Both the position numbers and the translations under genes were made by a program. 32,193 nt of DNA from Candidatus Zixiibacteriota bacterium (lineage in GTDB: Bacteria > Zixibacteria > MSB-5A5 > GN15 > FEB-12), in NCBI GenBank assembly GCA_022564135.1, contig JADFLZ010000001.1, forward strand, positions 1-32,193, in the 5' to 3' direction. Within the stretch, counting starts at the first letter, position 1. Every line of letters begins with the position of its first letter. Positions 8,275-18,160 of the stretch are shown here, piece after piece. The notes below the pieces were generated by a model. The model saw only the letters and a program-made list of their open reading frames with translations, made no database searches and was not told where the DNA came from.

Positions 8275-9439
8275 GAAAAAGACAATCACGCTCAATATGG
8301 GTCCGCAGCATCCATCGACTCACGGCGTGCTGCGCGTAAAATTAGAGCTTGATGGCGAGCGGGTAGTTACTGCCGAGCCTATAATCGGTTACCTGCATAC
8401 CGGAATAGAAAAGACGATGGAGTCAATGCTTTATTACAAAGCGATTCCCGCAACCGACCGCATGGATTATCTGGCGCCGATGTCTAACAATCTTGGCTAC
8501 TGTCTGGCGGTTGAAAAACTAATGGATATCGAAGTTCCTGAAAAAGTGAAATGGGCTCGAGTTTGTCTGGTGGAGCTTACCAGGGTTGCCTCGCATCTGG
8601 TCTGGCTGGGGACGCACTCACTCGATCTGGGCGCTATGTCGATGCTGATGTATGCTTTTAGAGAGAGAGAACTGATAATTGACTTATATGAAGCCTGCGG
8701 CGGCCAGCGGATGATGACCAGTTATATCCGAATCGGGGGATTGGCCAGTGATTTACCGGCAGACTTTGAAAAGAAAGTGCGCAATATCATCAAGACTATC
8801 CGGGAGAAAATGAAAGACTATGATAAGCTTTTAACCGAGAACCCGATTTTTATAATGCGTACCAAAGGTGTAGCAGTAATATCTGCCGAAGATGCTATCA
8901 ACTATTGTCTGAGCGGTCCGATGCTGCGCGGTTCGGGTGTTGACTACGATGTCCGTAAGGCCAATCCCTACAGCGGTTACGAAAATTTTGATTTTGATGT
9001 TCCGTTAGGTAAAAACGGCGACGCTTATGACAGATATTTAATCAGAATGGAAGAAATGAGGCAGTCGCTAAACATAGCCGAGCAGGCTATTGACGGTATG
9101 CCCGAGGGTCCCTACCGGGCACACGTGCCGGGAGTGGTATTGCCCCCCAAAGAAGATGTTCTCTATAAAATGGAATCAATGATTTTCCATTTCAAAATAA
9201 TAACTGATGGCTTCGAAGCTCCGGTAGGAAGCGTCTATCAGGCAATAGAATCGCCTAGAGGAGAGCTCGGTTTTTACATTACAGGTGACGGCACCAACAT
9301 ACCGAGAAGAGTAAGAGTCAGGCCGCCATCATTTGTGAATCTTGGCGCGCTGCCAATACTGACCGAAGGGCATCTGTTAGCAGATGTCGTCTGCGCTATC
9401 GGATCAATTGATATTGTACTGGGAGAAGTTGACAGATGA
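8264..9439 (+). CDS. nuoD: NADH-quinone oxidoreductase subunit D (49-kDa subunit).
   Basis: N-terminal LNMGPQHPSTHGVLR signature and C-terminal GEVDR. It overlaps nuoC by 11 nt. Confidence 0.97.
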   Translation: MSAEKKTITLNMGPQHPSTHGVLRVKLELDGERVVTAEPIIGYLHTGIEKTMESMLYYKAIPATDRMDYLAPMSNNLGYCLAVEKLMDIEVPEKVKWARVCLVELTRVASHLVWLGTHSLDLGAMSMLMYAFRERELIIDLYEACGGQRMMTSYIRIGGLASDLPADFEKKVRNIIKTIREKMKDYDKLLTENPIFIMRTKGVAVISAEDAINYCLSGPMLRGSGVDYDVRKANPYSGYENFDFDVPLGKNGDAYDRYLIRMEEMRQSLNIAEQAIDGMPEGPYRAHVPGVVLPPKEDVLYKMESMIFHFKIITDGFEAPVGSVYQAIESPRGELGFYITGDGTNIPRRVRVRPPSFVNLGALPILTEGHLLADVVCAIGSIDIVLGEVDR

Positions 9440-9912
9440 TACTGTCTGAAAAAACAGTCAAAATAATTAAAGATAAGCTTTCTAAGTATCCGAAAGCCAA
9501 AGGCATGATCTTGCCTGCCTTGACACTGGCTTACAAGCAGCTGGGCTACGTTGACAATGAAATTTACATAGAGATTTCTGAGATTATAAATGTTCCGCAG
9601 TTAGAAATTGCCGAAGCGGCCTCGTTTTATACGATGTTTCCCAAAAAACCAAGAGGCAAATACCTGCTTCAGGTTTGCAATAATATCTCATGTGCTCTTT
9701 TGGGCGCCGATGCCATGGTGGATCGTCTTGAAGAAAAGCTGGCAATCAAACGAGGCGAGACTACAGATGACGGCCTGTTCACCTTGATTTCAGTCGAATG
9801 CCTGGGCTCTTGCTGTACGGCACCAATGATTCAGATAAATGATGACTTTCATGAAAATTTGACGCGCGACAAACTTGATAAATTACTGGAAGGTCTGAAA
9901 AACGGAAAATGA
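9436..9912 (+). CDS. nuoE: NADH-quinone oxidoreductase subunit E (24-kDa 2Fe-2S subunit).
   Basis: Cysteine motifs CNNISC and CLGSCCTAP. ATGA overlap with nuoD. Confidence 0.95.
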   Translation: MILSEKTVKIIKDKLSKYPKAKGMILPALTLAYKQLGYVDNEIYIEISEIINVPQLEIAEAASFYTMFPKKPRGKYLLQVCNNISCALLGADAMVDRLEEKLAIKRGETTDDGLFTLISVECLGSCCTAPMIQINDDFHENLTRDKLDKLLEGLKNGK

Positions 9913-11243
9913 CATTTTATTCACCCGTCTTAACTAACGCTAAAGAGATTGCCGGACACGACAAGCTGCACCTGTTTGAGTACGTCGAAGATGAAAAACA
10001 ATATCAGCTTAAGCGCTATCTGGAACATGGCGGTTATACTGCCTGGAAAACCGTTTTGGGCAAAATGAAACCGGAAGAGGTCATCGAAGAGGTTAAAAAA
10101 TCGGGACTGCGCGGCCGCGGCGGCGCTGGTTTTCCAACCGGTATGAAATGGAGCTTTGTCCCTAAAGATTCTCCCAAAGTGCGCTATCTTTTATGCAACG
10201 CTGACGAATCAGAACCCGGCACCTGCAAAGACAGAGTGCTGATGGAGCGCGACCCGCATGTCGTAATTGAGGGCATGGCTATCGGAGCCTATGCCATTGG
10301 CTGCCATCTTATGTTCTGCTACATCCGCGGCGAGTTTCACCATTGTATCGAACGGATTGAAAAAGCGATGGAAGAGGCTTACTCCAAAGGACATCTCGGA
10401 AAAAATATCTATGGCAGCGGTTATGATCTGGAGATGATTGTGCACACCGGCGCCGGCGCTTACATGTGCGGAGAAGAGACCGGACTTATCAACTCTATCG
10501 AAGGTGAAAAAGGGATGGCCCGGATTCGTCCGCCGTTTCCGGCAATTGAAGGTCTCTGGGAATGTCCTACTATCGTTAACAATGTAGAAAGTCTGGCGGC
10601 GGTGCCACACATAATTAACAGAGGCGCCGACTGGTACCGTTCCATGGGTACTGAAAAATCTGCCGGCACAAAATTGTTTTCTCTTTCCGGTCACATCAAT
10701 CGCCCCGGCAACTATGAAGTCGAGCTTGGTTTTTCACTACAGAAACTCATATATGATGCAAACTACGGTAACGGCATTTCCGACGGCAAGAAACTCAAAG
10801 CAGTCATTCCCGGAGGAGCTTCAACGCCTTTTCTGACACCTGATAAAGTCGACGTGCCTCTGGATTACGAAGCCTTAACTGAGGCCGGCTCAATGCTTGG
10901 CTCCGGTGGGGTGATTGTGCTCCACGAAGATACCTGCATTGTCTGGACGATTTTGAAACTTATAAAGTTTTTCCGCCATGAATCCTGCGGTAAATGCACT
11001 CCCTGCCGTGAAGGTACCGGATGGCTGGAGCAGATTATTCAAAAAATCGAAGATGGCCGCGGCGGGCCGGATGATCTGGAAAAACTGGATTCTATTTGCA
11101 GCAATATCCTTGGCCGTACTATCTGTCCGCTGGGAGATGCGGCGGTGATGCCGATTCAATCGACTTTGAAACACTGGCGCGACGAATGGCAGTATCATAT
11201 TGAACACAAAAAATGTCTGGTAAATCAGAATTTTGGATTTTAA
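9909..11243 (+). CDS. nuoF: NADH-quinone oxidoreductase subunit F (51-kDa FMN/NADH-binding subunit).
   Basis: GLRGRGGAGFPTGMKW FMN/NADH site and ESCGKCTPCREG N3 cluster motif. Confidence 0.97.
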   Translation: MTFYSPVLTNAKEIAGHDKLHLFEYVEDEKQYQLKRYLEHGGYTAWKTVLGKMKPEEVIEEVKKSGLRGRGGAGFPTGMKWSFVPKDSPKVRYLLCNADESEPGTCKDRVLMERDPHVVIEGMAIGAYAIGCHLMFCYIRGEFHHCIERIEKAMEEAYSKGHLGKNIYGSGYDLEMIVHTGAGAYMCGEETGLINSIEGEKGMARIRPPFPAIEGLWECPTIVNNVESLAAVPHIINRGADWYRSMGTEKSAGTKLFSLSGHINRPGNYEVELGFSLQKLIYDANYGNGISDGKKLKAVIPGGASTPFLTPDKVDVPLDYEALTEAGSMLGSGGVIVLHEDTCIVWTILKLIKFFRHESCGKCTPCREGTGWLEQIIQKIEDGRGGPDDLEKLDSICSNILGRTICPLGDAAVMPIQSTLKHWRDEWQYHIEHKKCLVNQNFGF

Positions 11244-13802
11244 ATGGCACAAGCAGTAAAAGAAAAAGTAACGGCAATCGCCACTGTTACCTGTACCATA
11301 GACGGACAGCAGATAAGTGTCCCCAAAGGTACCAGCGTCTTCGATGCCGCCAAGCAAATCGGCATTGTCATCCCTGCTTTTTGCAATCATGCCAAATTGA
11401 AACCGGTCGGCGCCTGCCGTATGTGCTATGTTGAAATCGAAAAAATGCCCAAACTTCAGGTCTCATGCGCTACAACGGCCACCGACGGCATGGTCGTCAG
11501 CACTAACTCTCAGCAGGTCAGAGAAGGACGCAAAGCGGTTATCGAGTTTACGCTGATAAATCATCCGCTCGACTGTCCTACCTGCGACAAAGGCGGCGAG
11601 TGCGATTTGCAGGACTTGACGTTTTCTCACGGTTACGACGATTCCCGTTTTGGTTTTAACAAAATGCGTTTTATCGAAGAAGAGAAGCGCGATACTTTTG
11701 ATGATCTGAAAATAGGCCCTGAGATAGTTCTCAATAGAAATCGCTGCATTTTATGTTACAAGTGTGTCAGGGCCAACAAAGAAGCTTTCGGCGAGTACGA
11801 TATCGGATCTTTTGAGAGAGGCGACCATACCGAGATAAATGCCACGCCCGGTGGCGAGGTCAGCAATCCCTTTTCCGGTAACCTGGTAGAAATTTGTCCG
11901 GTCGGGGCGCTGACAAACTCTGACTGGCGCTATAAAATTCGTGTCTGGCTGACCAAGACGGTGCCATCAATCTGCAATTTCTCCGGCTCGGGTACTAATA
12001 TTACGTTTTATAAAGAAGACCACAAAAATTTTGTATATCGGGTGACTTCCAGATGCAACGATGATATCGATGACGGCTGGCTGAGTGATATCACCCGTTA
12101 TGGTTACCAGATTGTAAATTCCGAAAGCCGGCTGAAGACTCCGTTAATTAAAAAAGGCGGTAAGCAAGTTGAAGCCAGCTGGGATGAAGCGCTGGCCGTT
12201 ATAAAAAAACATATGGGCGAAATCAAAGACCAGAGCGGCGGTGTCTGCATAGGCGGTCTGATCAGTCCCAGTCTTGATAATGCCAGCCTCTACAGTTTTT
12301 CAAAGCTATTAAGAACAGTTTTCAAATCCAACAATATTGATTTCAGGGGTGACTATCGCTATCTGCCGTCAGTTACCGACAGTCCCTTTACGATAGCTGC
12401 CTCGCAGCCTTTTTCTATTGCTGATATAGAAAAATCTGATGTGATAATAACATTTGGTACCGATCTGATACGTGAGCACCATAACGAATATCTGAAAATC
12501 AGACGCGCTGTCAATTTCTTTAAGGCAACTGTCTATTCGGTAAACCCGTATGCGGTCAAGACGGCCGATATTGCCAAATCCGAAATGGTTTACAGCCCGG
12601 GGACGGATGAACTTGTCATAAACGGCGTTTGCTTAGCGGCCATAGAAAAGAAACTGGTAGACTCAGCGGCCGCTGCTAAGCTGAAACCAAAAATTTCAAA
12701 GCTCAGTCTGGGCGAATTAGCAAAGCAGACCGGTCTTAGCAAAGAGCAATTTGAAGAACTGGCTGAAGCTATTTCTGGTGCTAAGAGAATTACGTTTATT
12801 GTTGGAGAAATTGTAGCCCGTTCTTTAGAAAGAGATAAAATTTGTGCAGCCTTGTCAAATTTGAATAAGCTCTTTGGTGTTCAAGACAAAGGGCAGCTGG
12901 CCGTTTTGTCGCGATATGCTAACTCCAAAGGCGCTCAAAAACTTGGTCTCTCTGCAACTCCTTATGAAATTGTCAAAGCTGAGCTTAAAAAGATCTGGGG
13001 AGAGTATCCCGATTGCCAGCCGCGCAATACGGACTCGATGATAAACCTTATGAAAAAGGAAGAAATCAAAGGTTTCATTACTGTTGGCACGAATCCCATG
13101 AGACTATATCCCGACCGAGGTTTCGCCTCCGAAGGACTTGAGCATGTAGATTTTCTGGTAGCCTGCGATATGTTTGAAACAGAGACCACCGAACTGGCCG
13201 ATGTCGTGCTGCCACTTTGCAGCTGGGCCGAATACGACGGTGACTACATTAATCTTGAAGGAAAAGTCCAGACAGGTAAACAGGCCATAAAACCAAAGTA
13301 TAAATCCAAAGCGGCCTTTGAAATAATGGAGTTAATCGCCAGCCAGTCAGGTGTTAAGCTCTTTGAAAATGAACAGAGCAAAAGCGAAGAGATAGAGCAG
13401 CTGCTAAGCCTTAATTCTGTTTTGCCCTGGCCGGAAGATTTTATTGAAATTGAATACCAAAAGAAAAGCGCCGAAGACGGCTATCCGGTGCCTCTGTTCA
13501 TCTGCGACGACCCTCATCACAGCGGACATCTGACCGAAAAGTCACCGTCACTGCTGAATTTTTCTGACTCTGCCTATGTGGAACTGTCAAAGAGCCTGGC
13601 AGCAAAAATCGGAGTAGCAGACGGCGACCCGGTCAGGGTGGAATCTCCGGTAGGGAAGATAGTGGTGCCGGCAAAAATTTCAGCTGTGTTAACCAGCGAA
13701 GTCGCTATTATTCCCAGAAATTTCAGTTCAACCCAGATTACTTCGCTCTTAATGAGAAAGAAAAGAGTAGACAGCGTCAAACTAACGAGAGTGGAAGAAT
13801 AA
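11244..13802 (+). CDS. nuoG: NADH-quinone oxidoreductase subunit G (75-kDa subunit).
   Basis: It has the N1b 2Fe-2S cysteines (C-x10-C-x2-C-x13-C), the N5 motif HPLDCPTCDKGGEC and the N4 motifs CILCYKC...CPVGAL, followed by a molybdopterin-oxidoreductase-like C-terminal domain. The N7 cysteine motif appears lost (SICNFSGSGT and WLSDITRYG). The ATG directly abuts the nuoF TAA. Confidence 0.95.
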   Translation: MAQAVKEKVTAIATVTCTIDGQQISVPKGTSVFDAAKQIGIVIPAFCNHAKLKPVGACRMCYVEIEKMPKLQVSCATTATDGMVVSTNSQQVREGRKAVIEFTLINHPLDCPTCDKGGECDLQDLTFSHGYDDSRFGFNKMRFIEEEKRDTFDDLKIGPEIVLNRNRCILCYKCVRANKEAFGEYDIGSFERGDHTEINATPGGEVSNPFSGNLVEICPVGALTNSDWRYKIRVWLTKTVPSICNFSGSGTNITFYKEDHKNFVYRVTSRCNDDIDDGWLSDITRYGYQIVNSESRLKTPLIKKGGKQVEASWDEALAVIKKHMGEIKDQSGGVCIGGLISPSLDNASLYSFSKLLRTVFKSNNIDFRGDYRYLPSVTDSPFTIAASQPFSIADIEKSDVIITFGTDLIREHHNEYLKIRRAVNFFKATVYSVNPYAVKTADIAKSEMVYSPGTDELVINGVCLAAIEKKLVDSAAAAKLKPKISKLSLGELAKQTGLSKEQFEELAEAISGAKRITFIVGEIVARSLERDKICAALSNLNKLFGVQDKGQLAVLSRYANSKGAQKLGLSATPYEIVKAELKKIWGEYPDCQPRNTDSMINLMKKEEIKGFITVGTNPMRLYPDRGFASEGLEHVDFLVACDMFETETTELADVVLPLCSWAEYDGDYINLEGKVQTGKQAIKPKYKSKAAFEIMELIASQSGVKLFENEQSKSEEIEQLLSLNSVLPWPEDFIEIEYQKKSAEDGYPVPLFICDDPHHSGHLTEKSPSLLNFSDSAYVELSKSLAAKIGVADGDPVRVESPVGKIVVPAKISAVLTSEVAIIPRNFSSTQITSLLMRKKRVDSVKLTRVEE

Positions 13803-13806
13803 GCTT

Positions 13807-14814
13807 ATGTCGCTTGAGTTTTTCATAGTCACCTTCGTAAAAATCGCCCTGCTTATTTTTGTGCTGCTGACTGCCTGTGCCTATTCCACCTATATGGAGC
13901 GAAAAATTCTGGCATATATGCAGAATCGGGTCGGACCTTCTTATGCCGGACCATACGGTTTACTGCAGCCTCTGGCGGACGGACTCAAATTGATTTTCAA
14001 AGAGGACTTGGTTCCCGACAGAGTTGAACGAATCACCTATGCATTGGCACCGGTTGTATCATTTATACCGGCTATGCTGGTTTTTGCCGTAATTCCCTTT
14101 AGTTCGGAATTTGATCTGTTCGGTCTGCTGCCTTCTGCCACCAAGGGTGTTATTTCCGATTTATCAATCGGAGTTTTATTCATCTTTGCAGTCACCTCGC
14201 TGGGAGTGTACGGCCTAGTACTGGCCGGCTGGTCATCGGGCTCAAAATATTCGCTGCTGGGCGGCATCCGCTCATCGGCACAAATGATATCATACGAAGT
14301 TGGCTATGGTCTTTCGATTGTAGGGGTGGTTCTGGTCTCCAACACCCTTTCATTGACTGAAATAGTATCTTTACAATCAGGGTCATTATTTAACTGGTTT
14401 ATATTTAAGCAGCCCTTAGGATTTATGATTTACATTGTCTGTGGGATTGCCGAAACAAACCGGGCGCCGTTTGATATGGCCGAAGCGGAATCTGAACTGG
14501 TCGCCGGATATCACACCGAATATTCTTCGATGCGTTTTTCGATGTTTTTTATAAGTGAATACGCCAACATGCTGGCAGTATCGGCTGTGGCCGTGACGCT
14601 GTTTTTCGGAGGCTGGGCCGGGCCGCTGTTACCGCCAATTTTTTGGTTCTTAATAAAGATTCTGGTATTTATGTTTGTTTATATCTGGCTGCGGGCAACT
14701 TTTCCGCGCTTTAGATATGACCAGTTAATGACTTTTGGATGGAAAGTGCTTTTTCCCCTGGCGCTATTGAACATTATGCTGACAGCAGCCTGGGAATTAT
14801 ATAAAAACTCATGA
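13807..14814 (+). CDS. nuoH: NADH-quinone oxidoreductase subunit H.
   Basis: Contains the GLLQPLADGLKLIFKED signature, is a polytopic membrane protein, and sits at the expected position in the operon. Confidence 0.96.
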   Translation: MSLEFFIVTFVKIALLIFVLLTACAYSTYMERKILAYMQNRVGPSYAGPYGLLQPLADGLKLIFKEDLVPDRVERITYALAPVVSFIPAMLVFAVIPFSSEFDLFGLLPSATKGVISDLSIGVLFIFAVTSLGVYGLVLAGWSSGSKYSLLGGIRSSAQMISYEVGYGLSIVGVVLVSNTLSLTEIVSLQSGSLFNWFIFKQPLGFMIYIVCGIAETNRAPFDMAEAESELVAGYHTEYSSMRFSMFFISEYANMLAVSAVAVTLFFGGWAGPLLPPIFWFLIKILVFMFVYIWLRATFPRFRYDQLMTFGWKVLFPLALLNIMLTAAWELYKNS

Positions 14815-14830
14815 GTGTGAAGAAAATAAG

Positions 14831-15337
14831 ATGAAAGAAATAATTACAGCCTTAGGCAGAACATTTATCAGGATGCCAATCGGTATGCTGGTGGTTTTGA
14901 AGCATATGTTCAAAAAACCGGTGACGCTTGATTATCCCCGTAAGAAAAAGCCGATGGCCCCGCGCTTTATGGGACGGCAATATCTGGAACGCTATGACGA
15001 CGGCAGCGAGCGCTGTGTTTCTTGCGGATTGTGTGCGGCAGCCTGTCCGTCGGACTGTATCTATATGGAGCCGGCCGAAAACGAAAAGGGTGAGCGCTAC
15101 GCCAAAGTGTTTGAGATAAATCTGCTTCGTTGTATTTTCTGCGGATTTTGTGAAGAAGCCTGTCCCGAAGAAGCGATTTTCATGGGTCATCATTATGAAT
15201 TTAGTGCCGACAATCGCGATTCCTTCATCTGGACCAAAGAGGATATGCTGGTAAAGCACCCGCGCAAAGATAACCCGTTCAAAACATTGTTTAGAAGAGT
15301 CAGAAAAGTTTACGGAGTAACTGACAAAACAAGATGA
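14831..15337 (+). CDS. nuoI: NADH-quinone oxidoreductase subunit I (2x[4Fe-4S] ferredoxin-type).
   Basis: Two CxxCxxCxxxCP motifs: CVSCGLCAAACP and CIFCGFCEEACP. Confidence 0.96.
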   Translation: MKEIITALGRTFIRMPIGMLVVLKHMFKKPVTLDYPRKKKPMAPRFMGRQYLERYDDGSERCVSCGLCAAACPSDCIYMEPAENEKGERYAKVFEINLLRCIFCGFCEEACPEEAIFMGHHYEFSADNRDSFIWTKEDMLVKHPRKDNPFKTLFRRVRKVYGVTDKTR

Positions 15338-15906
15338 ACCTTGACGGCGTAATATTTATTATTTCAGCGGCGGTTACTTTGTTTGGTGCGGTCATGATGA
15401 TTATGCAGCGCAACCCGGTGGCGGCGGTTTTGTATTTCATACTTTCACTGGTGGCTCAAGCCGTGCTGTATGTTCAATTAGGAGCGCTCTTTGTCGGTGC
15501 TGTTTTGATAATAGTTTATTCCGGGGCAATCCTAGTGCTTTTCTTATTCGTGATAATGCTGCTAAATCTCAGAGGGGACGAAGACCTCGGCGCGCCGTCA
15601 GCGCCGCTGTCGCAGCTCACCAAGTATATTGTCTCCATAGGCATTATAGCAGAGTTTGCTTTTATAATCTGGTCGAGCGTCTTTTCAAGTTCTATTCCTA
15701 CCGGAATTATTGCAGGAGCTTCTGACAATTTCGGATCAACCGAGCAGGTGGCCAGGTTGCTGTTTGGTCGTTACCTCTATCCTTTTGAGCTGACTTCGAT
15801 ATTGCTGCTGGCTGCGATTGTCGGTGCGGTTGTTATTGCCAGAAAAGAAGATAAAGATGAAACTGAATCTAAAGCAGAAGCGTCAACTGACAAAGCAACA
15901 GGTTAA
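15334..15906 (+). CDS. nuoJ: NADH-quinone oxidoreductase subunit J.
   Basis: 190 aa hydrophobic ND6-like protein with ATGA overlap with nuoI. It has a charged C-terminal tail (KEDKDETESKAEAS). Confidence 0.9.
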   Translation: MNLDGVIFIISAAVTLFGAVMMIMQRNPVAAVLYFILSLVAQAVLYVQLGALFVGAVLIIVYSGAILVLFLFVIMLLNLRGDEDLGAPSAPLSQLTKYIVSIGIIAEFAFIIWSSVFSSSIPTGIIAGASDNFGSTEQVARLLFGRYLYPFELTSILLLAAIVGAVVIARKEDKDETESKAEASTDKATG

Positions 15907-15909
15907 GAT

Positions 15910-16212
15910 ATGTTTGGAATTACGCATTTCTTGTTTATAGCAGTTTTACTTTTCGGCATTGGGGTGACAGGCGTGCTTATTTCGCGGAACATTATTGTTC
16001 TGCTTATGTCGGTGGAGTTGATGTTAAACGCTGGCAACCTGGCGATTATTGCTTTTTCAAGAGCCTTAAATGTTATGGATGGTCACGCTTTCGTGTTTTT
16101 GGTGTTAACCGTCGCGGCTGCCGAAGCTGCTGTCGGACTGGCCATGGTGATTACGATTTTTAATAACCGCCGCTCAATAAATATTGACAAGTATAGTCTG
16201 CTTAAGTGGTAG
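15910..16212 (+). CDS. nuoK: NADH-quinone oxidoreductase subunit K.
   Basis: 100 aa with 3 TM segments, ND4L-like, with conserved Glu residues in the TM helices (MSVELMLNAGN, AAAEAAVGLA). Confidence 0.93.
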   Translation: MFGITHFLFIAVLLFGIGVTGVLISRNIIVLLMSVELMLNAGNLAIIAFSRALNVMDGHAFVFLVLTVAAAEAAVGLAMVITIFNNRRSINIDKYSLLKW

Positions 16213-16225
16213 GTGTAAAGAAGAG

Positions 16226-18160
16226 ATGACAGAAAACATTTATTGGATACCGCTCTTGCCGCTATTGGGCTTTCTGGTCAACGGCCTGCTATTGGGGAAA
16301 CTTCCCCAGCGGGTTGTCTCGCTGATTGCCTGTGGTACGGTTGGCCTATCGTTTCTGTTGTCGCTTTTGTCGTTTCTGGAGCTTAAAGCGCTGCCGCCGG
16401 AATTACGTATAATCGAACAGACATTGTTTACCTGGATATCATCAGGTGATTTCCATGTCAATTTCGGATTTTTGTTAGACCCGCTTTCATCTATCATGAT
16501 TCTGGTCGTAAGCGGTGTCGGCTTTTTAATTCATCTTTATTCTGTCGGATATATGAGTCATGATTCCGGATATGGTCGTTATTTTGCTTATCTGAATCTG
16601 TTTACATTTTCAATGCTGGTACTGGTACTGGCTGACAATTTCCTGTTTATGTTTGTGGGCTGGGAAGGTGTCGGACTTTGTTCTTATCTTTTGATAGGTT
16701 TCTGGTTTGAGAAAAAATCAGCCTCCGATGCCGGCAAGAAAGCTTTCATAGTAAACCGCATCGGAGATTTTGGATTTTTGATCGCCATGTTCATAATTTT
16801 CTGGCAGGTCGGTTCGCTTGACTTTATGACTGTCGCGGCAAGAGCCCCTGAGGTTTTTGTAGCAGGAGGAGCGCTGGTTACGGCAGCCTGTATTCTGCTG
16901 TTTGTAGGGGCAGCCGGAAAGTCCGCTCAGATTCCGCTATATGTCTGGCTTCCGGACGCCATGGAAGGTCCTACTCCGGTTTCGGCTTTGATTCATGCCG
17001 CTACTATGGTAACCGCCGGCGTCTATATGATTGTCCGTGCCAATGCCCTGTTTATCCTGTCGCCTGATGCACTTATGGTTGTTGCCATTGTTGGCGGTGT
17101 GACAGCGCTCTTTGCGGCGACTATCGGACTGGTTCAAAATGATATTAAGCGAGTGCTGGCCTATTCAACTATCAGCCAGCTTGGTTATATGTTTTTGGCT
17201 TGCGGTGTGGCTGCTTTTTCTGCCAGTATTTTTCATCTTATGACTCACGCTTTTTTCAAAGCGCTGCTGTTTCTTGGGGCCGGCTCTGTTATTCACGCTA
17301 TGTCTGACGAACAGGACATGCGTTATATGGGCGGACTAAAAAAATATCTACCAATAACTTTTGGGACATTTTTTATCGCAACTCTGGCGATATCGGGCAT
17401 TCCTCTGATGTCGGGTTTTTTCTCCAAGGATGAAATTTTGTGGCAAGCCTTTTCGTCCGACTACGGTCACCCAATCTTTTGGGTGATGGGCTTTATTACA
17501 GCCGGTCTGACGGCGTTTTATATGTTCCGATTGTTGTTTATGACTTTTTATGGCAAAGAGCGCATGGACGAAAAAACGAAAAGTCATATCCATGAGTCAC
17601 CAAAGTTTATGACTATACCGCTGATGGTTCTGGCTGTCTTAGCAGTTGTCGGCGGCTGGATTGGCATGCCTCACATTTTTGGAGTAACAAATTATTTCGA
17701 AGCCTGGCTTGAGCCGGTAATTTCCGCCAAGCCGGCGGCAGCGGCAGATATGCTGACTTCGGCCGGAAGCGACACCAGCATGGAACTTATGCTGATGTTC
17801 GCTACTATTATTCTGGTTGGTCTGGCTATTTTTGCTGCATTCAAAATTTATAACAAAAACCCAAAAGTGGCTGACTCGCTGGCAGACAAATTCAAAACTC
17901 CTCACAATGTTCTTTTAAACAAATATTATGTTGATGAATTCTATGGGGCGGTCATTGTACGTCCGCTCATATATTTCTCTCTGTTTTTGTGGAAGATTAT
18001 GGATGTCTTGTTGATTGACGGTCTGTTAAACGGTCTGGCAAAATTGTATGAAGGCATTTCTGAGACAATGCGTTCAATACAGACCGGCCGGGTAAGGTCG
18101 TATGCGACGGTATTTGTCATTGGAGTTTTCATCTTAATAGCTTATGCGGTGACTGGATAA
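16226..18160 (+). CDS. nuoL: NADH-quinone oxidoreductase subunit L.
   Basis: ND5-type antiporter-like subunit with WEGVGLCSYLLIGFW and a long C-terminal lateral-helix region. I chose the ATG at 16226 (MTENIYWIPLL, preceded by AAAGAAGAG) over the listed upstream start at 16184, which would overlap nuoK by 29 nt. Confidence 0.93.
   Translation: MTENIYWIPLLPLLGFLVNGLLLGKLPQRVVSLIACGTVGLSFLLSLLSFLELKALPPELRIIEQTLFTWISSGDFHVNFGFLLDPLSSIMILVVSGVGFLIHLYSVGYMSHDSGYGRYFAYLNLFTFSMLVLVLADNFLFMFVGWEGVGLCSYLLIGFWFEKKSASDAGKKAFIVNRIGDFGFLIAMFIIFWQVGSLDFMTVAARAPEVFVAGGALVTAACILLFVGAAGKSAQIPLYVWLPDAMEGPTPVSALIHAATMVTAGVYMIVRANALFILSPDALMVVAIVGGVTALFAATIGLVQNDIKRVLAYSTISQLGYMFLACGVAAFSASIFHLMTHAFFKALLFLGAGSVIHAMSDEQDMRYMGGLKKYLPITFGTFFIATLAISGIPLMSGFFSKDEILWQAFSSDYGHPIFWVMGFITAGLTAFYMFRLLFMTFYGKERMDEKTKSHIHESPKFMTIPLMVLAVLAVVGGWIGMPHIFGVTNYFEAWLEPVISAKPAAAADMLTSAGSDTSMELMLMFATIILVGLAIFAAFKIYNKNPKVADSLADKFKTPHNVLLNKYYVDEFYGAVIVRPLIYFSLFLWKIMDVLLIDGLLNGLAKLYEGISETMRSIQTGRVRSYATVFVIGVFILIAYAVTG

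Noticed and set aside
10209-11390. Long antisense ORFs inside nuoF/nuoG (10209-10694, 10460-10669 and 10890-11390, - strand). Similar ones lie opposite nuoI (14852-15259), nuoL (16240-18132 set), nuoM and nuoN.
   Set aside because: They lie entirely opposite genes with unmistakable Nuo signatures. Their translations are low-complexity and Arg/Ser/Gly-rich with no recognisable motifs. They are shadow ORFs.
11950-12110. Loss of the N7 [4Fe-4S] cysteine motif in NuoG (CNFSGSGT and WLSDITRYG instead of CxxCxxxC...C).
   Set aside because: The loss is real in the sequence, but N7 is off-pathway and absent in many bacterial and all mitochondrial complex I enzymes. I do not consider it unusual.
16184-16225. 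The upstream start for nuoL listed in the ORF track (MTSIVCLSGRCKEE...).
   Set aside because: It would overlap nuoK by 29 nt and adds a non-conserved Cys-rich extension. The ATG at 16226 has a purine-rich SD and gives the usual NuoL N-terminus.
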